This document shows, piece by piece, positions 1 to 11,400 of a stretch of 64,000 nt of DNA. The translations under genes and the position numbers were made by a program. The stretch covers positions 18,290,001 to 18,354,000 of the forward strand of contig CAIIXF020000001.1 in NCBI GenBank assembly GCA_903813345.2, read 5' to 3'. Each line of letters opens with the position of its first letter. Positions within the stretch are counted from its first letter, which is position 1. Under the pieces are notes generated by a model that was given only the letters and a program-made list of their open reading frames with translations, was not told the origin of the DNA and ran no database searches. Source of the stretch: Owenia fusiformis (Eukaryota).

Positions 1-533
1 AGCTGCCTTTCATAAACACATTTGGTGATATTTCAACCTCAAGTTACAATGCATTTCAGATCAGAATGGGGCTGAAGCTGCCTTTCATAAACACATTTGG
101 TGATATTTTAACCTCAAGTTACAATGCATTTTCAGATCAGAAAGGGGCTGTAGCTATCTTTCATCAACACATTTGTTGATATTTTAACCTCGAGCTACAA
201 TGCATTTCAGATCAGAATGGGGCGGAAGCTGCCTTTCATAAACTCATTTGGTGATATTTTAACCTGGAGTTGCCATGCACTTTCAGATCAGAATGGGTCT
301 GAAGCTGACTTTCAAAACGTACATATTTGATCGATTTTTTAACATCAAGTTACAATGCATTTCCAGATCAGAAAGGGGCTAAAGCTGTCTTTCATAAACA
401 CATTTGGTGATATTTTAACCTCAAGCTACAATGCATTTCAGATCAGAATGGGGCTGAACCTGCCTTTCAAAACACATTTGGTCATATATTAACTTCAAGT
501 TGCAATGCATTTTCAGATCAGAATGGGGCTGAA
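1..533 (+). repeat. 75-80 bp tandem repeat containing the Scr 3' splice site and the first ~17 exon bases
   Basis: Unit ~TGCATTT(T)CAG|ATCAGAATGGGGCTGAAGCTGCCTTTCATAAACACATTTGGTGATATTTTAACCTCAAGTTACAA. Post-AG positions at 60, 136, 211, 287, 367, 442, 517. The array runs off the window start. Confidence 0.95.
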
Positions 534-830
534 ACGAAGAGGACCCGTACCTCATACACTCGTCACCAAACTCTGGAGCTAGAGAAGGAATTCCATTTCA
601 ACCGTTATCTAACAAGACGTCGCCGAATAGAAATAGCCCATTCTCTCAATCTCACTGAAAGACAGATAAAAATTTGGTTCCAAAACAGAAGAATGAAATG
701 GAAGAAGGAACATAAGCTAGCACATTTAGCCAAATCACAAGCTAAGATGCTGGATCTCGCTCTTGCCCAGAGAGCAGCAGAGGCCAAGATGCATCACCAT
801 GCAGCCCATGGACACACCTTGCATCTATAA
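517..830 (+). CDS. Scr: Hox5/Sex combs reduced, terminal homeobox exon (exon 1 lies upstream of the window)
   Basis: After tttcAG (511-516), phase-1 reading gives [103 protein letters not shown] (TAA 828-830). [12 protein letters not shown] and KEHKLAH match lophotrochozoan Hox5/Scr, and the position 5' of mir-10 and Dfd agrees. Missed by the ORF track because it has no upstream start codon. Confidence 0.93.
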
Positions 831-3800
831 ACAAACATGAACTCACGCTGTCACTTGACATTTTAGAGAATTGGTTCGAGATTTGAGTGATGTACCTCTT
901 GCATTTGCAAGCTTGGCTGGAAATGATATGTGGCTGAGAACAGGGTAAAGAAGTCTACTGGAATAATGTAGAGGTGCAAGAAATCTATATATTCACTGAT
1001 ATAGGTGCCAGGGTAAACCTACTCGCGAACGGTGCCAGGGTAAACAGAATATATATGTTATATGTTGCATTAGTAGCATACATAACATTTGACCTATTTT
1101 ATGATTAGATGCATTTTATGGTAATAGGTAGATACAAACTGTGCAATACTTCATGAAATCATCAACAAGACGACGACGATAAACACGTTGTAAAGGAACT
1201 TACAGAGGTGCATGCATATACTGTAGACCTAGTGAATTAAAAATACTCCTTCAGAAAGGGTAAACAGATCGACATTCGTATGTATATAGAGGGTAATATT
1301 TGAATAGTAAGGAATGAACTTGATTGAATTTTAAAATATTTAACAATCCACCGATGGCATAGACATAAAATCATCAAGACACATGTTTATTTAGTTATAT
1401 TGCATGAGATAACTTGAATGTAGCCATGTAACTCCTAAAATTGTATTTACAATAGCATTTCAATAACACATTTAAATTCAAGAAAATAAATTTAAAAGTT
1501 TTTTAATTAAGCTGTGGAAATAAAGTATTATAATAGTATTATTTCATCTTTGAATTAATTTGCCTCACAAATTTAAATTTGCCTAGACTTTTGTCATATC
1601 CTGGTTCTGCGTCTGAAGTGTTTGGTAATGTTGGAGTATCTTGGTTTGAGTTGTCTCTCATTCAGTCTGGAACTAGGCATATAATGACATTGTATTTACA
1701 CTATTGTCTTTATTGTGAAAATGTGATGATATTGTCATGAATATGGGTACCCTACATTTTAAGGGAACCAACCACTGATGGTTGCCAAATGTAGAATGTA
1801 AATAGTCAAAATAATGTGAATGTCAGGTAAATGTGTATAGTGTAGATGTTTCATAATCAGCTTATATAATTACAGCAGGTATATATTTATTGTAAGAGTA
1901 TATGTCTTGTCTGGTGCTTCACAAGTACAACTTGGTCAAGAGGGTAACTTTTTCAAATTTCAATAACTACTTTTGTGATCGTTTTATGTAATACATCATG
2001 GCTGGTATGAAAAACAGTGTATACAGAGACCTTGGTCCATGTACCGTATATACATAAAAGTACAGATATAAATAAATATTAATACCCATTTGACGGTAAA
2101 TATTAAAAGGCGTAAATGATCCTTAATTAGATAATAAATATGTAGTGCCTTTCAAAGCACTAATCAAAAGTACAATTGCCAAATGCATGATAAAAAATGT
2201 CATTCATTATCTTTCATTTCAATGTGATTGCTATTAGTCCTTATGGAGTTGAAAAATACAATATGTAGATTCTATAATCACGATACTTACATTACATCAT
2301 AGCGAATTATGTTAAATCATTTAACTCAAAAAGTTGAAAACGTGTGCTAGTTAAAAAGTTGCTTGTTAGCGACTAATACTCAATTCTGGCATAGTTTGAT
2401 CGACCAACTTTGGCAAAATTGTAAAATTATAATGTTGACCATCGAAAATGAGGACATTGAACACCTTCAAATAAGGTTGATAAATCATTTAATGTGCACA
2501 AATAATGATGAGGTTCTAAAATTTTCCTTGTGTATTTCAGTATTTCAATTTAAACATCCTTGAAAATTGATTTTTTTCAATGACAGTTGAATAAACATCA
2601 GTAATGTATTTGTACCTTTTGTCAGCATTTCTGAACAAATAAAGTGTCAAGAAAGTAGTTCTATAAACTTTATGATGAAAACAATAACCTCACATGCTCA
2701 GATGTTACAGACATTGCAAACACACATGTATATACTGTATATTATATACAGTCTGCCATATGAGAAATGTCTATTTACAAAATATTGGTCTAAAAGGGTA
2801 ATGAGATTATAGACATACTGTATAGTATATGTATGTATTTTAGCATAATATGTACAAATGCTAGTCACATAATTGGTCAAAAGGGTAAATTAATAGATCT
2901 AGACATACAAGATTGTCGGATTTAGATCTTGAATTCTAATAGATATTATATTTCTAAATATGCTTTGTATATATATATAATGGTGGATAGATGTGCACAT
3001 ATAATGTTCTATTGACCAGTTGTGTTTTGAGACTATTCTAAATGGGTTTTCCGTAGTGCTGTTTATATTTCAGTATCACCAGTTTTTCCTCTTTGATATA
3101 CCTGTCATAATTAATCATAGTTCTGATTGACATATAGATTGTGAAAATATGTACAGGTACATTCTGTGATGAGGTATAAACATAGAAATAAAGCCATTAA
3201 TCAAGGCGACGACGTGGTTTCGTCGTCTTTGTCTTACTAAATACGCATTGTTTATTAATGGTATTGATAGTACAATTGGACATGTTGAATACATATACGC
3301 TGTTGTCTTTCCAGAGATAGACGCAATGCTCATCAATTATTTGTTCAACCGTCTATGTTTGTTCACATGTGCCATTGACATGTATTTGTTTCACCAAAAG
3401 AATTTCTAACAATCAGGATTCCAATCAATCTTGTTTTACCTGTATCATGTATCATTTTGATGAGTACTTATATATCTGAACTATATAAAACATAGAACCT
3501 TTGAACTTGTACATTCAATTTAGCTTCCAAATTTACAATTCAATCGTGAGCTTTCAACAGACTCTCTTCTCTCTTGAAAGCCCATGATTCAATGAAGGAA
3601 TATCGTCAACGTTTGATTTTTGCTTAAAACTCAACTTTTTACATTATACTCAAAGTGTTGTATTCCAGTTGATTACATATATGATAGTGTTGCAAACAGG
3701 AAATAACATATGCATTCATGTTTGGTTATTATACTCTGTATCTCTGTTATTAACTTTTTTTATTGAGAGTCGACACGAAAAAAAAACATTCTGTATACGC

Positions 3801-4110
3801 AGGTAATTCATGCATGGTGTACCAATGGAACGGTGACAGTGCTTTGGGAGAATGAAGCATGGACTAATGTTTTACTGGTAAAGTTGAGCTGTAAATAAGT
3901 TTATTAAGTAAATATTAGTTCATAGATCAAGTCATAGTTATCTAATTATATGTAGTTGTACATATAATACTTCAGCTATCCATTATTACATATTGTTTTG
4001 TGTAGATTATTGTGTGACATGTATAGGTTAAATGTGAGGTTTGGTGTAAAGCCAAACTTGTACAGTATTATAAACAGATTTGATTTGTCGATTAAAGAAT
4101 TTAAAATGAA
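831..4110 (+). promoter_or_regulatory. Probable long Scr 3' UTR with miRNA seed matches and Pumilio-type elements (3' end uncertain)
   Basis: Repeat-free AT-rich stretch after the stop. Contains 8x AGGGTAA (942-2888), GTGCAATA (miR-92 8mer, 1141-1148), GTGCCTT (miR-124 7mer, 2145-2151), several TGTAHATA, several AATAAA, and ATTAAA at 4091-4096. Confidence 0.5.
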
Positions 4111-4382
4111 TCAGTTGTATTGTTAATGATAATTTATAATTTTGTAAAGGGAGATGTTAACGGTCACTGAAGTAAAAACAATCCCCCCCCCGAAATGTCT
4201 ACGTCTACGTGAACCAAATTGAATTATTAGATTAGAAAAGCAACTGGACCACTCACTGGTTGTTATAAAATTTAACTGTTCAACTGTATGGGGTGGAAAT
4301 TCTTTAGTCATACACCAAACTCTGGATATGCAATAAAATTACAAATAATCCATTCCAGAGTCACTCCCTGGTCCATCTTCAC

Positions 4383-4546
4383 TTCACAGGGCCCAGGAGG
4401 GGGATGTGGATTCAAATCAACCCCACCGTCTGGCCAAATATTTTTTCAAAATCATGCAGTTTTTCACCATTTCGAGCACTTTTCTAGGGATTTCTGGCCA
4501 AAGTTGACCCCCTGGAACGAACTTTCTGAAACAAAAAGCTGGAAAC
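4383..4546. repeat. Degenerate short interspersed GC-richer repeat (MITE-like)
   Basis: Abrupt GC rise, CAGGG start, and internal TTTTTTCAAAATCATGCAGTTTT...TTGACCCCCTGG resembling short invertebrate non-autonomous elements. Ends not resolved. Confidence 0.35.
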
Positions 4547-4796
4547 ACTTTTTGATCAATAAAGATTGTTGAAATGGCAAAAGTCTCAATATCATCAGCC
4601 TCTTCTGTCAATCTGTCTTCCTGTAACGTTGGTTGCCATAACCTAATCAGGTATTTATTTTGAAATTAAAATAAATAATGTAAACATGCAAATGAGTAAT
4701 GTCTCCTGAATCATACAGTGAGTGCCATGTTTCTATTGTTTAACTATAAATAACAATATCATGACATCGATTTCTCTAAAGGATTTCAATCTTGTA

Positions 4797-4959
4797 ATGG
4801 GAAAAATTGCCATGATTGATTTATTGGTTGGAATAACTTAAATATATATCTATTATTAAGGATTGGGAAAGTCATTTTGAGTTGTATGATTGGACTGCAT
4901 ATGATCGATCACATTCTTGTCCTGCAAATAAGTTCATACAAAGTACAGCAATGAAAATT
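4797..4959 (+). repeat. ~163 bp direct repeat, copy 1
   Basis: Near-identical to 6187-6349 (ATGGGAAA..TGCCATGATTGATTTATTGGTTGG...CAAAGTAC..AATGAAAATT). Confidence 0.92.
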
Positions 4960-5176
4960 GTTCAAGCAAAGGTGCCGCAGGGGGACGACTAAATGGTATT
5001 GAATAACAGCGAGAAATTAACTTTCAAGAACACGCCAAGCCAAAAGGAAAACAAATTTCCAATGATGTAGAACACGACATCCCATTCCCATCCTCCAACC
5101 GTTCAGGAAATCCAACCGTTCAGGAAATTCAATTGTATATAGTCTCAAGCAATCAAACAATATAGAGATGTAAGTA

Positions 5177-6075
5177 CAGGGTGTTCAAAAGAATCGCAAC
5201 CCAAAGAAATTGCTATATCTTGAAAAATACTTGTTCAATTATGTTCATTTTTCAGGAAAGGAAGAACAGAGTATGTATGTATAGCTCATGTAGTTGGTTA
5301 GTTGTAAAACATGATGCATTGGACACCTGCTCAAAAGACAGTTGTACTAGGAAAATACGAAAAACCCAGTCAGGGCTGACTGCAACTTCCTAGCCATAGT
5401 GTTTTGACTCTTCAAATTTGGCACAAATCATCTTCATTCACTGTATGGTAAATTTTTGTAAAGTTAAATTAAAATCACTTCAGGGACTTTACAGTTATGG
5501 TTGAAATGCTTTCAAATCGCAGTCAAACGCCCCGGTTCCAGCAGACTTCAGAAGGCATTTTGACCATGACTGTAAAGTCCCTGAAGTGATTTTGATGAAA
5601 CTCCAAAAATTCACCACACATTGAATGAGGATAATTTGTGCCAAATATGAAGTGCCAAAACACTATGGTTAGAAAGTTGTTAGGTTTTATTGCTGCGGCA
5701 GTCACCTCTGACTGCGTTTTTCGTATTTTCCTTCAACAACTGTCTTTTGGGCAGGTGTCCAATTCATCATGTTTTACGACTTACTAACAACAGGAGCTAT
5801 ACATACACAATATCTTCTTTCTTTTCCTGAAAAAATGAACATAATTGAATCAGTATTTTCCAAGATATAGTGATTTTCCATTCACGTTTTTCGTAATATT
5901 CCTTGTACGACTGCCTTTTGAGCAGGTGTACAAGACATCATGTTTTACAACTAACTTACAAAAGGAGCTATACATACAGAGTCTCTTCTTTCTTTCCTAA
6001 AAATATGAAGACAATTGGATAAGAATTTTCCAAGATATAGCAATTCTTTTAGTTGCGTCTTTTTTGAACACCCTG
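5177..6075. mobile_element. Fold-back MITE of Tc1/mariner type with duplicated right arm
   Basis: TA|CAGGGTGTTCAAAA...TTTTGAACACCCTG|TA termini with TA target duplication. Arms are inverted over nearly the whole length with centre ~5530. The right arm is present twice (~5716-5878 and ~5886-6075). Confidence 0.88.
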
Positions 6076-6186
6076 TACATGTAAACGATGCAGCTTTAGA
6101 TTTTTATTCAATATGTTAGACGGAATGATACAAGCTCGACGTGTACGTGAGATCTACAGGGTGATCAATAATTAATTGTTATTTTT

Positions 6187-6349
6187 ATGGGAAAGATTGC
6201 CATGATTGATTTATTGGTTGGAACAACTTAAATATATATCTATTATTAAGGATTAGGAAAGTCATTTTGAGTTGTATGATTGGACTGCATATGATCGATC
6301 ACATTCTTGTCCTGCAAATAAGTTCATACAAAGTACTGAAATGAAAATT
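6187..6349 (+). repeat. ~163 bp direct repeat, copy 2
   Basis: Near-identical to 4797-4959. Confidence 0.92.
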
Positions 6350-6889
6350 TTTGTTTTCTTTTTTATTTCAATTATTCGGGAAAGTTACTATGGAGACCTA
6401 TGCCATAGAGCACATGTCTAGACAATCAAAATCACAAATATACAAAAATGCAATCTCAATCTTCTTATTGTAACATTCTAAATTATGGTGGAGGTCATAG
6501 TTTTGAATTTTCATTTTCAAAATGTATGTTTGAACTTGAACGTGCTGCGCTATTTCAAGTTTATAAAGCCTTGAGCCACTAACTTTTCTGTGATACTGAT
6601 AACAAGTATATGTCTCAAAATAGATGTGTCATTTGATATCAATCGTGTATCTCACTCCATGTGTCGTATACCTGTGTCATTTCATATCAAGTGTGCCATC
6701 AACTCGTCTTTTGATAACAAGTAGGTATCTTAAAATAGCTGTGCCATTTGATAAGAATCAAGTGTGTTAAAACTTGTTGGGACATTTGGTAATAAATGCT
6801 TTTATTAGAATACGTTCATGAATGGGACTTAAACTTGTTAGGCCAGTTGATAACAAATATCTATTTTAGAACACCATTTGTTGTTGCGT

Positions 6890-7775
6890 TTGATATCAAG
6901 CATGTGTCTGTAACATGTTGGGTCATGTAAAACATGTCTTAACACGTGTGTCATTTCATATCAAGCATGTTCCTTAATTGTTGTGGCATTTGATATCAAG
7001 CATGTACTGTAATTGTTGTGGCATTTGATATCAAGCATGTACTGTAATTGTTGTGGCATTTGATATCAAGCATGTACTGTAATTGTTGTGGCATTTGATA
7101 TCAAGCATGTACTGTAATTGTTGTGGCATTTGATATCAAGCATGTACTGTAATTGTTGTGGCATTTGATATCAAGCATGTACTGTAATAGTTGTGGTATT
7201 TGATATCAAGCATGTACTGTAATAGTTGTGGCATTTGATATCAAGCATGTACTGTAATTGTTGTGGCATTTGATATCACGTATGTACTGTAATTGTTGTG
7301 GCATTTGATATCAAGCATGTACTGTAATAGTTGTGGTATTTGATATCAAGCATGTACTACTATAATTGTGCCATTTGATATCAAGCATGTGCTGTAATTG
7401 TTGTGGCATTTGATATCAAGCATGCACTATAATTGTTGTGGCATTTGATATCAAGCATGTACTGTAATTGTTGTGGCATTTGATATCAAGCATGTACTGT
7501 AATTGTTGTGGCATTTGATATCAAGCATGTACTGTAATTGTTGTGGCATTTGATATCAAGCATGCACTGTAATTGTTGTGGCATTTGATATCAAGCATGT
7601 GTAATTTTTGTTATGGCATTTGATATCAATCATGTGTCTGTAATATGTTGGGCCGTGTAAAACATGTCTTAACACGTGTGTCGTTTCATATCAAGCATGT
7701 ACTGTAACTGTTGTGGCATTTGGTATCAAGCATGTGTCATTCTTTGTTATGGCATTTGATATCAAGCATTTGTCT
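6890..7775. repeat. 35-bp minisatellite with palindromic TTGATATCAA core
   Basis: Unit GCATTTGATATCAAGCATGTACTGTAATTGTTGTG. TGATATC cores are in exact 35-bp register from 6991 to 7621 (19 cores), and degenerate units extend back to ~6590 and on to ~7800. Confidence 0.96.
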
Positions 7776-7820
7776 TAAACTAGTCGGACCATATGATATT
7801 ATTTATGTGCCCTAAACTAT

Positions 7821-8480
7821 AGAGAACTTTCAAACCCAATGAAGACGGTGCTCGCCGGAAACGCTCGGCACGGATAAGTGCGCGCATGGTACGGATCTAA
7901 AGGGTTTCTTAATTTAAATTCGTGATATTTAGTAAACAAAGCAGTGTTGTGTACTCGATCATATTCCTACATGTGAAGATTATGCCTTATAAAAAGAAAA
8001 TACCTGCGTATTTCATTCTATAGCAACGCAATAGACACTGTAATGTCACATTTGGCCAAAACCAGTAGTGTAAGGATTCATTTGATTATAAAGTTTATTA
8101 ATATGCTTATCCACACCGAGTGTCTAGGGATAGCACACATCCAATAATGTTTTTAGATTTTTTTATTAAATCACATAGAAACTAACATTCAAGATGCTAA
8201 AATGATTTGTATCATCGGGGTTTCTTAATCACCAATACTGAATAAAGGTCGCAAACGGTGTTTAAAAGCAGTGTTCAAGTTCTTGGGATATGTTTAATGC
8301 TCAGTGCGTCGCTTTGGAATGAAAGCTTTTGCTTATTTCCTTTTTATTAGGTAGCATCATCACTATATGAATACAAGGCCTAGTTTATAAAATACCACGA
8401 ATTCAAATTCAAACATGCGCGCGCATAGTATCCGCACCGAGCATTTTCTGAAAGCGCAGTTTGCATATGGTGTTTCTTTA
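7821..8480. mobile_element. Possible old MITE with degenerate inverted ends
   Basis: CTCGGCACGGATAAGTGCGCGCATG (~7864-7888) is an imperfect inverted copy of CATGCGCGCGCATAGTATCCGCACCGAG (~8414-8442). True termini and TSD not resolved. Confidence 0.35.
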
Positions 8481-11400
8481 TGGAGTATGAACCATTGGAT
8501 CCTCGATCATCCAAAAGCGCAGCTACAGCCAGAGCTATATGCTACATATGTGTTTCAGTTATTGGGTTACATTGTTGTTCGTGTTGTCCTCTTACTGATA
8601 GTGCCCTCCATAAAGTTTTCTTTTTGCTTTCACTCCTATCAACTCAAATTCACAGTAACCATGACGACATTTACTCAAAAGCACAAGCCACGATTGCTAA
8701 GTTATGATCAGAGAGCACAAATAGAAAAGATTTGACAGATAGCAACTTGATGTAGACTGGATTTGATGGGAGATCCTCTGAATGTGACCTCATCTCGGAT
8801 AGAGCAATCACCTCGTCCAAATAGAAAATGTAACAGAGTTATAGGAAACCTGAACGGACAGAACTGAGTAGTCCTTATAATTTTATCATGGTATCATATA
8901 TGGATAATTTGCTATCATCATTTTATGTTGACGTTTTTGAATTTTATACCCTTTTGCATTCGTTCGTCTTACTAGACTAACGCGCAGGGTAGAATGTTTT
9001 TCTCACCTCGCCTTTAGATCTCCTTGTTAGCAATACAATGACCTTGACGGTTGAGAGAAGTGGTCCATGATTGTACGAGTCTCATTATTGAAGTTTATAG
9101 AAACGAAGTATTTTTACTGATTAATTGGTCATTAGCTGTCAATTGAAAATGGTGATATGATATATGTAATTTAATTATAGCGCACATTTATCAAGACTCC
9201 ATGACAGATATTTGCCGCCTTAGGCTAAAATACATATCGTTTAATATTTGTGTATATTATCACTTTAATTATCAGGTTTCTCGACAGTTATGAGTTCGTT
9301 CGCCATGAAACAGATGTGGAACTCTTATCTGGTGCCAGATCTCCCATAATGCGCAATGTTATTTACCCTTCTCGAGAGATTCACTGCAAACTTAGCCAGC
9401 CCATGGGAATTCAGTGTTTAGGTTATTTAGAGGACTTATCGAATTATAAAACTATGACGAACGTGTGATAGTTAAGATTTTTTAAGATAAATGGAACTAC
9501 ATGTCTTGCGTTTAAGTTTAATTGTTAATATGTTGCATTGCTTTATTTTGATGTAGACTATTGATTCCGAATTTGCCTTTGTGGTATTGTGTTTAATCTT
9601 TGTCATTCTCTCTTACAGATTAATATGCAATTGATATTAATAGTCTACCACAACTATAGTACTCATGCATATCAGTGACAAAGACAATATTAAAAAACAC
9701 AATCATTGAACTACAACTAATGAACGTCTAAAGAAACTTAGAAAATAAGATGAGTCATCATAAATGCACTGTTCAAAGATAGATGTCACCTAATGTACGA
9801 AATTCAACTATCGAAAAAACGTTAGCATGTTCCTTTCAGGTTTCAGATGTGCATTATTTATCAACAATATACCCACAACAGCATTAGTGTAAATTTCATT
9901 TTGTATAATTTTATCATATGTTGCTTATAAAGGTCCAGTATCCGTTAACATACATTGGGAATCGCAGTTGGCGAGATCTAAATTCACTTGCTGTATCCAA
10001 TTGGCATATTTCATGGCAATAAATCATGCTTGGGCAGCCATATATCTTACTAGAGAGACATATGAGCTTATGTTTTATTCTCGCTGATTACAGATGAGGC
10101 CCTATATGATAAATAGCCCAGCAGTGATGACGTGTATGTGGAGAATTCCCAAAATTTTAAATTCGAAAAACGTAGTCGTAATTCCCAGTTACGAGCAACT
10201 TAGGCCTTTCTGTTTTCCTAATGAGTTTCAAACAAGTCAGTTTTTCATTAAAGAAGATGATGCAACGAGACAAGCAGTTGGTGTCAGACGTTTCATAGAC
10301 CTATTGTGTAATACATTCTTTAATTTAAATGGTTGCCGCCATTGCCTTCCCATGATGCAATGAGCAGAGAGCACACGTGATAATATGTTCTCAACGACAG
10401 CACCTCAACATCTGCCCTTGATTTACTGAATAGCTGTCCTTTGAATTACATTTCTCTTCCATTGTCTTATGAGGTTACGGTGACACCATATCAGAAACCG
10501 CATCTGAACTGAATCATTTGGTCGAAAAGCATCGTCAAATTCATCTGACGTCCCTGGACCAACTTCGTAGCTTGCAAAAACAAATTGGGAGCAATTACAT
10601 GAAATATCATCTCGTTCCTGCAACCCTAATGATTTGTGATGTCAGTTAATGAGTTTATAAATCAAGTAAATGGTGATATAAATCAGACTACCTGCTTGCA
10701 CGTGGGACGTAGTGTGGAGATCGTGGCACTTTCCTTTTCCCAATAGAACGCGGGATGTGCAAGATGGTATTTTTCAAAGAACCTCACATAATCATACTGC
10801 GTTGTTGGTCATGACTTGTAAAATGTCTTGAATCTATGTTAACATTGAGTTCTTCAAGACGCAAATCATATTTGTCAAGTAGGTTAAACTGTTGGTTTTA
10901 TCGGTTTATATGTTTTGACTGTCTTTATGCGTTTGTTTCAAAGATTGCACCTTGAACTTGTTCTATTGAATTGTTCCTTGTAGAAGTAACAATGCGTTTA
11001 ATTAAGAGTTCAAACAAAGGATGACATCAAAGCTGAAACATAGATTTCTTAATGGCACTGTAAATGTAATGTATCGCATCTATATATCAATATATCCTGA
11101 ATCGGTTAATGTGGTATTTTACCAACGTTTAATAGATGGATATTTGGTTAAGATGTGTTTGTCTTCCTTAGTTTAACAACGGTTCACCTCTCTATTCATT
11201 TCATGTAATTAAAATCACGTAAATGGATATTAACTCGTTTAGGATAGAAGCCAATTACTGAAGTACGCAGGTGTTTTAACCAAAGTATTTCATTCGTTTT
11301 GTGCAAATCAAACACATACAGGGTGTCCTCATTATATTTGGCTTTTTGAAATCGCTAACATCCTACATTACAAAATACAAGGTTGCCTGAAATAGCCTCC

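Noticed and set aside
605-787. Minus-strand 60-aa ORF
   Set aside because: Antisense shadow of the Scr homeobox.
6970-7620. 35-bp palindromic repeats as a CRISPR array
   Set aside because: Units are contiguous with no unique spacers, there are no cas genes, and the context is eukaryotic.
8415-8735. 106-aa ORF and other 60-140 aa ORFs in the track (e.g. 41600-41926, 53484-53831, 60386-60805)
   Set aside because: No recognisable domains; composition is typical of random AT-rich DNA.
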